A stretch of DNA of 64,000 bases, from the NCBI GenBank assembly GCA_902546615.1, contig CACCKE010000004.1, positions 9,646 to 73,645 of the forward strand, read 5' to 3'. A program made the position numbers and the translations under genes. Numbering within the stretch: position 1 is the stretch's first letter; every line of letters starts with the position of its first letter. This document shows positions 41,348 to 51,376 of this stretch, piece by piece. The notes under the pieces are model-generated. The model searched no databases. It was not told the origin of the DNA and saw only the letters and a list, made by a program, of their open reading frames with translations. This DNA comes from an uncultured Pelagibacteraceae bacterium. Lineage in GTDB: Bacteria > Pseudomonadota > Alphaproteobacteria > Pelagibacterales > AG-422-B15.

Positions 41348-42637
41348 ATGTTAGAAAATATTTTTAAATTAAAAGAGAACGGTACTAGTGTAAAAACTGA
41401 GTTATTGGCAGGTTTAGCCACGTTCTTAACAATGGCATATATTATTGTCGTTAATCCGGCCATCTTATCTACTGAGGGAACTGGTATGGATTTTGGCGGT
41501 GTATTTGTTGCCACAATCATAGCTGCTGTGGTTGGCTGTCTAATAATGGGCCTGTGGGCCAATTGGCCAATTGCCCTAGCACCTGGTATGGGTTTAAACG
41601 CTTTCTTTGCTTTTGGAGTTGTATTTGGAATGGGTTATACCTACCAGCAGGCTCTTGCCGCAGTGTTTATTGCAGGGATAGTATTTTTAATTTTGTCTGT
41701 AACACCGGCACGTCAGTGGATAATAAATAGCATACCAAAAAGTATGAAGTTTGGCGTAGGGGCAGGCATAGGATTGTTCTTAGCTATTATAGGATTAAAA
41801 AATGCTGGCGTGGTTGTCGATAATCCTGCAACTTTAGTTGGTTTAGGTGATGTAAGTTCAATGCCTGTGATATTGGCTGCTGTCGGATTTGCAATTATGG
41901 CAATTTTAGATAAGCGTGGTGTTCCAGGATCAATTATCATCGGTATACTTGCAGTAAGTATTATTGCTTGGGTAAGCGGTGTGAGCGCAATTGATGGAGT
42001 TGTGGGATCAGTTCCACCAGCTGTTCATGCGTTCTCAATGGACTTTAGCCTTGTAGCAACAGCAGGTTTTATTGGTGTCGCGTTTGCTTTTCTTTTTGTA
42101 GACTTTTTCGATACCGCTGGAACTCTTACTTCAGTTGCCAATTTAACTGGTAAAGTTGACCAAGACGGAAACGTTGATGGGATAGGTAGAGCAGTTTTAG
42201 CAGACTCCACAGCTACAACAATAGGTGCATTAGTTGGAACTTCCAATACTACATCATACATTGAATCTGGAGCAGGTGTTAAAGAAGGTGGGCGAACAGG
42301 ACTTACAGCGGTTGCTGTGGCAGTTCTATTTGCAATCTGTTTATTTTTAGCACCATTAGCTCAAAGTATTCCTGCGTTTGCAACTGCTCCAGCTCTAGTG
42401 TTTGTTGCAACTTTCTTTTTGAAAAACCTAAGGGATATAGAATGGGATGACGTCAGTGAATATGCTCCAGCAGTGTTAGCGGCAGTTTTGATGCCTCTTA
42501 CATTTAGCATTGCTCATGGAATTGCACTTGGTTTTATAGCATACGTTGTAATTAAAGCACTAAGTGGTAGACACGAAGATCTAAATGCTGGTTCGATAGT
42601 AATTGGAGTATTATCGGTACTATACTTTATCTTCTAG
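41348..42637 (+). CDS. NCS2 / AzgA-like purine (adenine/guanine/hypoxanthine) permease
   Basis: TFLTMAYI..NP.IL, APGMGLNAFF, DFFDTAGTL, YIESGAG..GGRTG; GGAGG RBS. Confidence 0.93.
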   Translation: MLENIFKLKENGTSVKTELLAGLATFLTMAYIIVVNPAILSTEGTGMDFGGVFVATIIAAVVGCLIMGLWANWPIALAPGMGLNAFFAFGVVFGMGYTYQQALAAVFIAGIVFLILSVTPARQWIINSIPKSMKFGVGAGIGLFLAIIGLKNAGVVVDNPATLVGLGDVSSMPVILAAVGFAIMAILDKRGVPGSIIIGILAVSIIAWVSGVSAIDGVVGSVPPAVHAFSMDFSLVATAGFIGVAFAFLFVDFFDTAGTLTSVANLTGKVDQDGNVDGIGRAVLADSTATTIGALVGTSNTTSYIESGAGVKEGGRTGLTAVAVAVLFAICLFLAPLAQSIPAFATAPALVFVATFFLKNLRDIEWDDVSEYAPAVLAAVLMPLTFSIAHGIALGFIAYVVIKALSGRHEDLNAGSIVIGVLSVLYFIF

Positions 42638-42642
42638 TTTAG

Positions 42643-43089
42643 TTAATGATTGGCTTTGTCTTCCTCATCCCAGGGGAAGACAGGCCAAGTTTCTTGTGTG
42701 ATTTCCTCAACATATGTATCAGCTAGAGGTAGACCTCTTGGTTTCGCATATATTACAGCTAAGTGCATATTAGGCATATATTCCTTTAGCGCTTTAGCGG
42801 TACCGCCCTTATCAACAATATCATCTATGACGAGTACAACTTCATCAGTTTTCGGAGCCCTGTGAACAATTGCTTTTCCAGCCTCTCTATGGATATAACT
42901 TTGTATGGAAACAATATCTACGTCTTGGATTCCAAGAGTGTAAGCGACAACTGAAGCAGGTACAAATCCACCTCGAGAGACAACAACCATTTTATCAAAT
43001 TTAATATTTTTTTCTTTTATGAGATGCGCGAGCTTAACCGCTTTTTCGTGCATTTCTTCATATGTAGGAAATTCTAGTTTATGGTCCAT
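42643..43089 (-). CDS. gpt: Xanthine-guanine phosphoribosyltransferase
   Basis: VSRGG, PRPP motif VLVIDDIVDKGGT, YAKP.G, FPWD. Confidence 0.8.
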   Translation of the reverse strand: MDHKLEFPTYEEMHEKAVKLAHLIKEKNIKFDKMVVVSRGGFVPASVVAYTLGIQDVDIVSIQSYIHREAGKAIVHRAPKTDEVVLVIDDIVDKGGTAKALKEYMPNMHLAVIYAKPRGLPLADTYVEEITQETWPVFPWDEEDKANH

Positions 43090-43091
43090 GG

Positions 43092-44180
43092 TTAATTATT
43101 AAATAAAAAATGCATTACGTCACCATCTTGTACTACATAATCCTTACCTTCGCTACGCATCTTTCCAAGTTCTTTCGCTTTTAACTCTCCTTCACAATCT
43201 AAATAATCTGTATATGATATAGTTTCAGCTCTAATAAAGCCTTTCTCAAAGTCTGTGTGAATTTTTCCAGCTGCTTTTGGTGCAGTAGTGCCATTTTCAA
43301 TCGTCCATGCCTTTGTTTCTTGTTCGCCAGCTGTGAAATAAGTAATTAAGTTAAGAGTCGAATATCCAGCTTTTATAACTTTATTCAAGCCAGACTCATC
43401 TAATCCTAGACTTTTAAGATAATCTTTTTGATCATCTTCATTTAAAGACGAGATTTGTGACTCAATTTCTGCTGAAATCTTAATTAATTTAGAATTCAGA
43501 AAATTTTCAATTTTTAAAGTTAGTTCATTACCTTCAATTATTGAACTTTCATCAACATTACATACGTAAATTGTCGGCTTGATTGTTATTAAGTTGAACT
43601 CTTTTGTATGCGCGAAGATTTCATTTAAATTCTTCATTAAAATAGCAGGCTGACCTGATTCCAAGTGTTTAAGTAGAAGGTTCAAAGCCTCTGTTTTTAA
43701 TTTGGCTTCTTTATCACCTTTTTTTACTAGTTTTTCTAGTCCTTTATTTATTTTTTCGAGTTGTTCGATGTCAGATAGAACTAATTCAGTATTTATCGTT
43801 TCAACATCATCAACAGGATCTATTTTATTGTTTACATGAGTTATATTAGTATCTTCAAAACAGCGGACCACATGAATAACTGCATCTACTTCTCTAATAT
43901 GAGATAAAAATTTATTTCCGAGTCCCTCTCCTTTAGAAGCACCTTTAACTAAACCCGCTATATCGTAAAAACTAAGAGATGTTGGTATTGTTTTTTTTGA
44001 TTTTGCTAAATTTGATAGAGTTTCTACTCTTGTATCAGGCACTATTACAGTACCCTCATTTGGTTCAATGGTACAAAAAGGGTAGTTTGCTGCTTCAGCG
44101 GCTATTTTCTTTGTTAATGCATTGAACAATGTTGATTTCCCAACATTTGGCAATCCAACAATTCCACACTTAAATCCCAT
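43092..44180 (-). CDS. ychF: Redox-regulated ATPase YchF
   Basis: GIVGLPNVGKST, NYPFCTIEPN, GLGNKFL, IHTDF. Confidence 0.96.
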   Translation of the reverse strand: MGFKCGIVGLPNVGKSTLFNALTKKIAAEAANYPFCTIEPNEGTVIVPDTRVETLSNLAKSKKTIPTSLSFYDIAGLVKGASKGEGLGNKFLSHIREVDAVIHVVRCFEDTNITHVNNKIDPVDDVETINTELVLSDIEQLEKINKGLEKLVKKGDKEAKLKTEALNLLLKHLESGQPAILMKNLNEIFAHTKEFNLITIKPTIYVCNVDESSIIEGNELTLKIENFLNSKLIKISAEIESQISSLNEDDQKDYLKSLGLDESGLNKVIKAGYSTLNLITYFTAGEQETKAWTIENGTTAPKAAGKIHTDFEKGFIRAETISYTDYLDCEGELKAKELGKMRSEGKDYVVQDGDVMHFLFNN

Positions 44181-44186
44181 GATCAA

Positions 44187-44741
44187 TTATTTTAAATTAT
44201 TAATAAATTTGGATTTTTCTCCATCCAATAGTACTTTTATGTTTTCAGACATTTTTATATTTAATTCATTAATAACTTCTAATTCACTTTTTTTAAAATT
44301 ACTTAATACATGTTTATTAACCATGTCTTTATTGCCCGGATGATTTATACCTATTCTTATTCTATTATAATTTTTTCCAATTTTACTATCTATTGATTTG
44401 AGCCCATTATGACCTGCGGAAGTACCCCCCAACTTGATTTTTATTTTTCCTAAAGTGATATCTAGATCATCATGAATAACATAAGTTAAATTTGATTTAA
44501 TTTTGAAAAAGTTTAAAAAAGTTGCAATACTTTTACCACACTCATTCATATAATCATTGGATTTAAAGGTGTATATTTTTTTCTTTCCAATAAGAAACGA
44601 CGCCAACTCCCCATCAAATTTCTTTTCTCTCATTACATCATCATGATCTTGTAAAAGCTGATCGATAAATAAATAGCCCACATTATGTCTATTATTTTTA
44701 TGCTTTGTACCAGGATTCCCTAATCCGATTAATGCAATCAT
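44187..44741 (-). CDS. pth: Peptidyl-tRNA hydrolase
   Basis: GLGNPG, RHNVG, HDDLD, GHNGLKS. Confidence 0.95.
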   Translation of the reverse strand: MIALIGLGNPGTKHKNNRHNVGYLFIDQLLQDHDDVMREKKFDGELASFLIGKKKIYTFKSNDYMNECGKSIATFLNFFKIKSNLTYVIHDDLDITLGKIKIKLGGTSAGHNGLKSIDSKIGKNYNRIRIGINHPGNKDMVNKHVLSNFKKSELEVINELNIKMSENIKVLLDGEKSKFINNLK

Positions 44742-44786
44742 AAGATTGAAGATATATAATTATCAAAATAGGTAAAAGAAAAAGTG

Positions 44787-45488
44787 TTATTCTTTATCTT
44801 TGTTTTCTTCTTTGTTATCAGCCTCTGGAGCTGCATCTTTTTTATCTTCAGCAGCGGCACCACCCTCAGTAGCTTCACCTTCAGCAGCCTCGCCTTCTGC
44901 AGGAGCTTCAGGTTCTTTTACAACAGTAGGTGCAGCAACAGATGCTACAGTGAAATCTCTATCACTAATTGTTGGAGAAATTCCGTCACCTAAATTTGCA
45001 GCAGAAATTCTGATTGTGTCACCTATTTCTAAACCCTCTAGATCGAAAACTATCTCTTCAGGTATATTATTAGCAGGGCAACTTAGTTGAACAGTACGTC
45101 TATTAACATTTAGAACACCACCTCGTTTTAATCCAGGTGATAACTCTTCATTTATGAACCTAGTAGGAATGTCCAGAGTAATTTTTGAGTCTGCGGCTAG
45201 CCTTAAAAAATCAATGTGTATAGGTTGATCAGAAAGTGGATCAAATTGAACCTCTCTTGGAATTGCTAAGCTTTTCTTTCCATCAATGTTAAGTGAAAAT
45301 ATTCTAGTTAGGAAACCACCAGAATTGATCTCTTTTTGAACTGTAATCTTATCTAATGAAATGTTTACAGGGTTTTCACCTAAACCATACATAACTGAAG
45401 GAATCTTACCTGCAGCTAGTACTTTTTTTACAGCGGATTTACCAGATCCATCCCTGATTTCAGCATTTAAATTACTTTCTTTGCTCAT
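44787..45488 (-). CDS. rplY: 50S ribosomal protein L25 / Ctc
   Basis: IPSVMYG, HIDFLR, PGLKRGG; acidic Ala/Glu tail. Confidence 0.95.
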   Translation of the reverse strand: MSKESNLNAEIRDGSGKSAVKKVLAAGKIPSVMYGLGENPVNISLDKITVQKEINSGGFLTRIFSLNIDGKKSLAIPREVQFDPLSDQPIHIDFLRLAADSKITLDIPTRFINEELSPGLKRGGVLNVNRRTVQLSCPANNIPEEIVFDLEGLEIGDTIRISAANLGDGISPTISDRDFTVASVAAPTVVKEPEAPAEGEAAEGEATEGGAAAEDKKDAAPEADNKEENKDKE

Positions 45489-45501
45489 AACGATGAGGTT
45501 G

Positions 45502-45530
45502 GTATTAAATTAAAATTACCTATATGGCAA
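45502..45530 (-). promoter_or_regulatory. Possible sigma70 promoter for rplY
   Basis: TTGCCA-N17-TAATAC on minus strand just upstream of rplY; weak evidence in AT-rich DNA. Confidence 0.3.
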
Positions 45531-45539
45531 GTATATAAA

Positions 45540-46475
45540 TCAAAATTCAAATAGACTTGATACTGAGCTCGCCTCGGATATCCTTTTAATTGCCTCGCCC
45601 AATAAATCTGAGATACTAATCGACCTAATTTTCTCACAAGCTTTTAATTTTTCTTGATTATTGATTGAATCTGTAATTACTAATTCAGTCAATTTTGATG
45701 CACTAATTTTCTCTAAGGCTTTTCCTGTTAATACTCCGTGCGTAACATATGAAGTGATACTGTTAGCTCCTAAATCTATAATTTTGTCAGCTGCATTACA
45801 AATTGTTCCCGCTGAGTCAATGATATCATCTAGAATAATACAATCTTTTCCTTTTACGTCTCCAATGATATTCATTACTTCACTTTCACCTGCTCTGGGT
45901 CTTCTTTTATCAACAATAGCAATTGAGGCTCCGATCTTATTTGCAATCGCTCTCGCCCTCACAACTCCACCAATATCAGGAGAAACTGCAACTAGATTAC
46001 TAATTTCATATTTTTCTTTTATGTCTTTTGAAAACACTGGACCCGCAAATAAATTATCTGTTGGTATATCAAAAAATCCTTGTATTTGTTCAGCATGAAG
46101 ATCTAAAGTAAGCACTCTGTCTGCTCCAGCAGTTGTTATTAAATTTGCAACTAATTTTGCTGAGATAGGAGTTCTTGGCCCTGGTTTTCTATCTTGACGT
46201 GCATATCCATAATAAGGGATCACAGCAGTAATCCTTTTTGCTGAAGCTCTTTTAAGTGCATCTATCATCACCAGTAGTTCCATTATATTGTCATTCGCTG
46301 GATAAGATAAAGACTCCATTACGAATACATCCTCACCACGAATGTTTTCTTTAATTTCTACATAAACTTCATCATCAGCAAACCTTGTAATAGAAGCATT
46401 TGTAAGGTTTTCACCAAGATATTCTGCGACGCTCTTAGATAAGGGTAAATTACTGTTTCCTGCAATAATTCTCAT
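45540..46475 (-). CDS. prs: Ribose-phosphate pyrophosphokinase
   Basis: [37 protein letters not shown]. Confidence 0.97.
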   Translation of the reverse strand: MRIIAGNSNLPLSKSVAEYLGENLTNASITRFADDEVYVEIKENIRGEDVFVMESLSYPANDNIMELLVMIDALKRASAKRITAVIPYYGYARQDRKPGPRTPISAKLVANLITTAGADRVLTLDLHAEQIQGFFDIPTDNLFAGPVFSKDIKEKYEISNLVAVSPDIGGVVRARAIANKIGASIAIVDKRRPRAGESEVMNIIGDVKGKDCIILDDIIDSAGTICNAADKIIDLGANSITSYVTHGVLTGKALEKISASKLTELVITDSINNQEKLKACEKIRSISISDLLGEAIKRISEASSVSSLFEF

Positions 46476-46478
46476 AAT

Positions 46479-47234
46479 TTATCTGTCTTTTATAACAATT
46501 GTTGAAATCATTCTACCATAATCGGTTATATTTTTTTTATAATTTCTTCGATAGCTAAAACACAATGTTTCTTCGCTGAAAGTATCGACATCAACAATCT
46601 CGTGGTTAGTAATTTGCTCATCAGAAAGTATCTTGAGAATGAATTCAGTAAGCGAAAACAGATATCTATTATTATGATTTTTTTGAAAAAATCTTGCATT
46701 ATCTTGATCTTGTTTAATGAAGTTTTTATAAAAAGGTAATCTTACTTCATAGGATTTTTGTCTTATGCATGGACCAATACTGCAGCGTATATTATCCCTC
46801 TTTCCACCCAGCTTGGTTATTTGTAAAATTGTATTTTGAATTATACCGTTCAATGCACCTTTCCAACCTGCATGACAAGCTCCTATTATTTTATTTTTTA
46901 CTTCATAAAATAATAATGGAGCACAATCAGCCGTTAATACTGATAATATTTTATTATTTTCTTTAGTTACAATCCCGTCACATTTTAAAATTTCAGACTT
47001 ATTGCTGCTATCTAAAACTATTGCATTAGAAGAGTGTGTTTGATGCATAGTAATAACATCAGACTTTTTTAAACCGTAATATTTAGAAATAGCTAATAAA
47101 TTTTCTTCAATAGCACCATTCTCATCTTTTGATCCTTTTCCACAATTTAATGATTTATATTTTCCTTGCGAAACGCCACCCAATCTTGAAAAGAAACAAT
47201 GATCTATATTTGAGAGATTTTTAGTAAAAAACAT
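46479..47234 (-). CDS. pgeF: YfiH/PgeF (laccase-domain purine nucleoside phosphorylase) family
   Basis: QTHS, TADC, HAGWKG, IGPCI, FSYRR. Confidence 0.9.
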   Translation of the reverse strand: MFFTKNLSNIDHCFFSRLGGVSQGKYKSLNCGKGSKDENGAIEENLLAISKYYGLKKSDVITMHQTHSSNAIVLDSSNKSEILKCDGIVTKENNKILSVLTADCAPLLFYEVKNKIIGACHAGWKGALNGIIQNTILQITKLGGKRDNIRCSIGPCIRQKSYEVRLPFYKNFIKQDQDNARFFQKNHNNRYLFSLTEFILKILSDEQITNHEIVDVDTFSEETLCFSYRRNYKKNITDYGRMISTIVIKDR

Positions 47235-48262
47235 TAAATATTAATTTCCAAAACTTTAAATAAATTTCCCATATATTCTCTTTTGGTAAGTATTGCCAAC
47301 TGTTCGTTTATTTGCTTCTTTTTCACTGGGTTTTTCTTAATTAAGATATTAGCTCGATCTAAAATTCCATTTTGCCGAAGGAAATTAGATTGAGTATTTA
47401 TTATAAAGTCATCAATTTTATTTTCTTTTAAAATATTTTGCAGGTTATTAAAGTCTACATGATATGTGATATCTTGATTACCTGGGTTATCAAGAAAATC
47501 AGTTTTTTTATTTGATTTGATTGACTGAAGAGTACTTATCTTAGGTAGATTAATATATCCATAATCAATTAGTAAGAAAAAACCATTATTCATAAGCAAG
47601 AAATTGATTAATTCCCGAAAGATTGAAATAGTCTCAGGAGAAAATTCAATTACCTCAAGATGTTTAAGGTCTCGCGTATTGTTTACAAATTTAGAAATAT
47701 CTTTTCTCGGCTTAATAAAGTCAAATTTTAGACTATCCTTTTGATCTAATTTAATAACTGTTTCATAAATATTTCCGTTCCTACTCACTAATTGGCGCGT
47801 AGGAATCGCATCAAAAAACTCATTTGCAATTATTATTGAAAATTCATTAGGATATGAATTGAAATTTTTATGTATCTTGCAATTAGGATAGGTATTTTTT
47901 AGATTTTGAATATAGAATTTATTAATTTCATTAAAGTGAATTGTATACTCGACATCTTCATCTAATAAAGCATTGAGTACTCTAGTAATATCGTTTATCA
48001 GAGCGCCTCTTCCTGGTCCTAGTTCAATTAAATTAAACTTTTTTATGTTTCTTGTATGAATGAGGTTTAATATTTTAACAGCAATTATTTCACCAAACAT
48101 TTGAGATATTTCAGGTGCAGTAACAAAATCTCCATCTTTGCCTATAGCTTTGTTAGACGTATAGTATCCATGCTCTTCATCTCTTAATGAAATATTCATA
48201 AAATCATCTAAATAGAGAAATGCACTTTCTTTTAAAGCATCGTAAATTTTATCTTGTATCAT
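47234..48262 (-). CDS. SAM-dependent methyltransferase, MidA/NDUFAF7 family
   Basis: GYY, GDFVTAPEISQMFGE, ELGPGRG, ANEFFDA, IDYG, DITYHVDF. Confidence 0.9.
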   Translation of the reverse strand: MIQDKIYDALKESAFLYLDDFMNISLRDEEHGYYTSNKAIGKDGDFVTAPEISQMFGEIIAVKILNLIHTRNIKKFNLIELGPGRGALINDITRVLNALLDEDVEYTIHFNEINKFYIQNLKNTYPNCKIHKNFNSYPNEFSIIIANEFFDAIPTRQLVSRNGNIYETVIKLDQKDSLKFDFIKPRKDISKFVNNTRDLKHLEVIEFSPETISIFRELINFLLMNNGFFLLIDYGYINLPKISTLQSIKSNKKTDFLDNPGNQDITYHVDFNNLQNILKENKIDDFIINTQSNFLRQNGILDRANILIKKNPVKKKQINEQLAILTKREYMGNLFKVLEINI

Positions 48263-49061
48263 TTTTATTGCTTTTAATTACCAAAATTAAAATTCCAGCA
48301 AGAAACATTGGTAAAGATAATATCATGCCCATTGTAAAAAAATGATATACAAACCCTAATTGAATGTCGGGCTCACGTGTAAATTCAACAGTAAATCGAA
48401 ATAATCCATAAAGTATCAGAAAGACACCTGAAATTATTCCAGGGTTTTTAAGTTTTTTAAATTTAAAAATTAAAAAATTTAAAATTATAAATAATAAAAG
48501 TCCTTCTAAAAAAGCTTCATATAATTGACTTGGATGACGATACTGGTTGTCAGCGTTTGGAAATTTCATTCCAATAAGAAAATTTGAAGGTCTACCAAAT
48601 AATTCGCCATTAATAAAATTAGATATTCTGCCAAAAAATATTCCAACAGGAGCTGATACACATATCAAATCGCTTATTTCAAAAAAAGTAGTTTTATATA
48701 ACTTTGAAATTATTATGGCGGCTGTAACAATACCAAGCAAACCTCCGTGAAAGGATAAACCTCCTTGCCAAAGATATAATATCTCAATTAGATTTTCAGA
48801 GTAATAATCAAAATTATAGAAAATCACATATCCTAATCGTGCTCCTATAATTAATCCAATTATTGAATAAAAAATCAGATCATCTATTAGTTTTTCATTA
48901 ATGCTATTACTATGAGAAACTGCTTTATTTGAAGCGAGATATTTAATGTATCTCCAAGCGAATATAAATCCTACAATATACGCAAGTGAGTACCAACGGA
49001 TATCAAGAGGACCAATCGAAAAAAAAACTGGACTAATAGATGGAAAACTAAGATAAATCAC
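48249..49061 (-). CDS. lgt: Prolipoprotein diacylglyceryl transferase
   Basis: RWY, GARLGYV, GGLSFHGG, GRISNFINGEL, RHPSQLYE. Confidence 0.96.
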   Translation of the reverse strand: MIYLSFPSISPVFFSIGPLDIRWYSLAYIVGFIFAWRYIKYLASNKAVSHSNSINEKLIDDLIFYSIIGLIIGARLGYVIFYNFDYYSENLIEILYLWQGGLSFHGGLLGIVTAAIIISKLYKTTFFEISDLICVSAPVGIFFGRISNFINGELFGRPSNFLIGMKFPNADNQYRHPSQLYEAFLEGLLLFIILNFLIFKFKKLKNPGIISGVFLILYGLFRFTVEFTREPDIQLGFVYHFFTMGMILSLPMFLAGILILVIKSNKNDTR

Positions 49062-49102
49062 GTTAATTTTGAATAATATTTAAAATATATTTATCACTAA
49101 TT

Positions 49103-49252
49103 ATGATCACAAGGAAAGTTTTAATTAATAAATTTGTTAACTTTGTTACAAAAGGCTTTGAGCTTTCGCAAGCAATCAATGATGAATACAAAACAATAAA
49201 AAAGTTTAAAAAAGATAGAAATAATGCCAAAGAAAAAAAACACTGCAAGTAG
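49103..49252 (+). CDS. Small ORF (49 aa), possible miniature UbiK/BMFP-like protein (not in ORF track)
   Basis: MITRKVLINKFVNFVTKGFELSQAINDEYKTIKKFKKDRNNAKEKKHCK; divergent from lgt, upstream of proC. Confidence 0.4.
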   Translation: MITRKVLINKFVNFVTKGFELSQAINDEYKTIKKFKKDRNNAKEKKHCK

Positions 49253-50075
49253 TTTAAATAAAGAAAAATTTTTAATAATTGGCGCTGGTAATATGGGAAT
49301 TGCTGTGATCAAGTCATTATTTAACCACCGAATTTCCTCAAAAAAAATTGTGGTTATTGAAAAGAATCAGTCGAGTGAATTGAAAAAATTAAAAAGATCA
49401 AATAATTTTGAAATAAAAAATAGCATAGATAAAATTAATAATCTTTATCAACCTACAATCACACTTATTGCTGTTAAGCCTAATCAATTAAAAACACTGA
49501 ATGGATTAGATAAAGATAATAGACTTGGTAATTCAATTATAGTTTCCGTAGTTGCCGGTAAAAAAATAAAAGATTTAAATAAAGTCTTCAAAAAAACATC
49601 AGGTATTGTAAGAGCTATGACTAATACTCCTGTATCTGTTAATATGGGTACCACAATTGTATGTTTTGAGAGAAAAATTAAAACGAAACAAAAAAAACCT
49701 ATTTTTGATTTCATGTCCTTATTGGGGCAAGTCAGTGAAACCAAAAAAGAAGATTTAATTGATGATTTCACTGCAATTTTTGGGAGTGGTCCAGCATACA
49801 TATATCTTTTTATAAATTCTCTCATTGAGATAGCTAATAAATCGGGGTTTAAAAATTCAGACAGTATGGTTTTACAGACTTTCTTAGGATCAATATTACT
49901 TTTATTAAGTGGGCAAAAAAAGCCTTCTGATTTACAGAAAAAGGTGACAAGTAAGGGAGGCACCACTGAAGCAGCGCTGAGTATTCTTGCTTCCAATAAA
50001 GGATTAAAAAGTCTTCTTACAAGAGCTGTCAACAAAGCAACAAAAAGATCTAGAGAATTGAGTAAAATTTCTTAA
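49224..50075 (+). CDS. proC: Pyrroline-5-carboxylate reductase
   Basis: IGAGNMG, AVKP, GSGPAY, VTSKGGTT. Confidence 0.92.
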   Translation: MPKKKNTASSLNKEKFLIIGAGNMGIAVIKSLFNHRISSKKIVVIEKNQSSELKKLKRSNNFEIKNSIDKINNLYQPTITLIAVKPNQLKTLNGLDKDNRLGNSIIVSVVAGKKIKDLNKVFKKTSGIVRAMTNTPVSVNMGTTIVCFERKIKTKQKKPIFDFMSLLGQVSETKKEDLIDDFTAIFGSGPAYIYLFINSLIEIANKSGFKNSDSMVLQTFLGSILLLLSGQKKPSDLQKKVTSKGGTTEAALSILASNKGLKSLLTRAVNKATKRSRELSKIS

Positions 50076-51376
50076 TTTGGTATTTCAATCGCAACCTCTA
50101 AACCTCCTAGATAACTGTCGTGCAGTGATATTTTTCCGTTTATTGAATTCAATAAGGATTTAGTAGTAGCTAGACCTAATCCAGAGTTTGAGACATTCTG
50201 ATTTCTACTTTGGTCTACTCTATAGAAAGGTTTAAATACATTATCTTTTTCACTATCAGGAATACCAATTCCATTGTCATGAATGTTTATTTTAATTAGG
50301 TTTTTGTTTATATCTGCTTTAATTATTATTTTGTCAGATTGTACAATCGCATTATTTAATACATTTGTAATTGAACGAGAAAAAATATTCTCATTTACAA
50401 AAACTTCTTCATCATTAATGATTTCAAGGTTAATTTCATGTTTTGTAAAATGTATATCATTCTTAATGTTTATTATTGCCTCTATAGGATTAATTGTAGA
50501 TCTATCTTTTGACTCATTTATAGCTGCAAAATCTAAATATTCTACTAGCATCTCATTCATCTGATTTATTTCTAAATTAAGTTCATTTTTAATTTTATTA
50601 TCTTTTATTGACTCAAGAAGTAACTTCATTCTCGTGAGAGGAGTTTTTAAGTCGTGACTCACTCCCGCCAACATAAGAGATCGTTGTTCAATTTGTCTTG
50701 ATATTCGATTTTTCATTTTTAAAAACTCCAAACTTGCCTGTCTTACTTCTAGAGCGCCTGATACTTTGAAATTATTTACTTCTTGTCCTTTGCCAAATTG
50801 TTCTGCTGCCTTAGCCAAATTCGAAATTGGTTTAACTTGATTTTTCAAAAATAAATACGCTATCAAAATAAGGATAAATGATGAAATAATCTGCCACCCT
50901 AAAAATATATGGTTTCTTGAGGTTGTAATACGATGAATTGGGAAGTTAAAATGTATTATTTTTTCTGAAGTGCTTATCATAACATCGACTGTTTCGTTAT
51001 CTTGTTCAATGACAAAAAATTTATGTTTAATTCTGGTACTCAATTCATTTTTTAGACTGACAAGTACTTGATTATCGTTTTGTTTGGCTTTTAACTGTTC
51101 CAAATCATATTCACTCAATTCTTGGATATTCATTAGAAAGTAATCACCAAATTGACTTTTGGCTTGATACTGATCTAACCTGATTTCACTTGAGAGCATT
51201 CTGTCAGAAATTAATTCTATTTCCATAGCAACAGATCTTGATAGGCGGTTGAGTGTACGTTCCCACAAACTATTATAGTAATATGACAGAATTATTAATT
51301 GAAACATAACTATTGGGAACAAAACAATTAGCACTGTTCTTCCTAAAAGACTGGTTGGTAGAATTTTTTTAATCAT
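50072..51376 (-). CDS. EnvZ-like sensor histidine kinase
   Basis: Two TM segments, HAMP, SHDLKTPL, DNGIGI, GLGL. Confidence 0.9.
   Translation of the reverse strand: MIKKILPTSLLGRTVLIVLFPIVMFQLIILSYYYNSLWERTLNRLSRSVAMEIELISDRMLSSEIRLDQYQAKSQFGDYFLMNIQELSEYDLEQLKAKQNDNQVLVSLKNELSTRIKHKFFVIEQDNETVDVMISTSEKIIHFNFPIHRITTSRNHIFLGWQIISSFILILIAYLFLKNQVKPISNLAKAAEQFGKGQEVNNFKVSGALEVRQASLEFLKMKNRISRQIEQRSLMLAGVSHDLKTPLTRMKLLLESIKDNKIKNELNLEINQMNEMLVEYLDFAAINESKDRSTINPIEAIINIKNDIHFTKHEINLEIINDEEVFVNENIFSRSITNVLNNAIVQSDKIIIKADINKNLIKINIHDNGIGIPDSEKDNVFKPFYRVDQSRNQNVSNSGLGLATTKSLLNSINGKISLHDSYLGGLEVAIEIPN

Noticed and set aside
44790-44915. Repeat-like GC-richer stretch in rplY
   Set aside because: Encodes the ordinary low-complexity Ala/Glu tail of Ctc-type L25
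49484-50035. 183-aa ORF antisense to proC
   Set aside because: Entirely inside a well-supported gene with no motifs; shadow ORF
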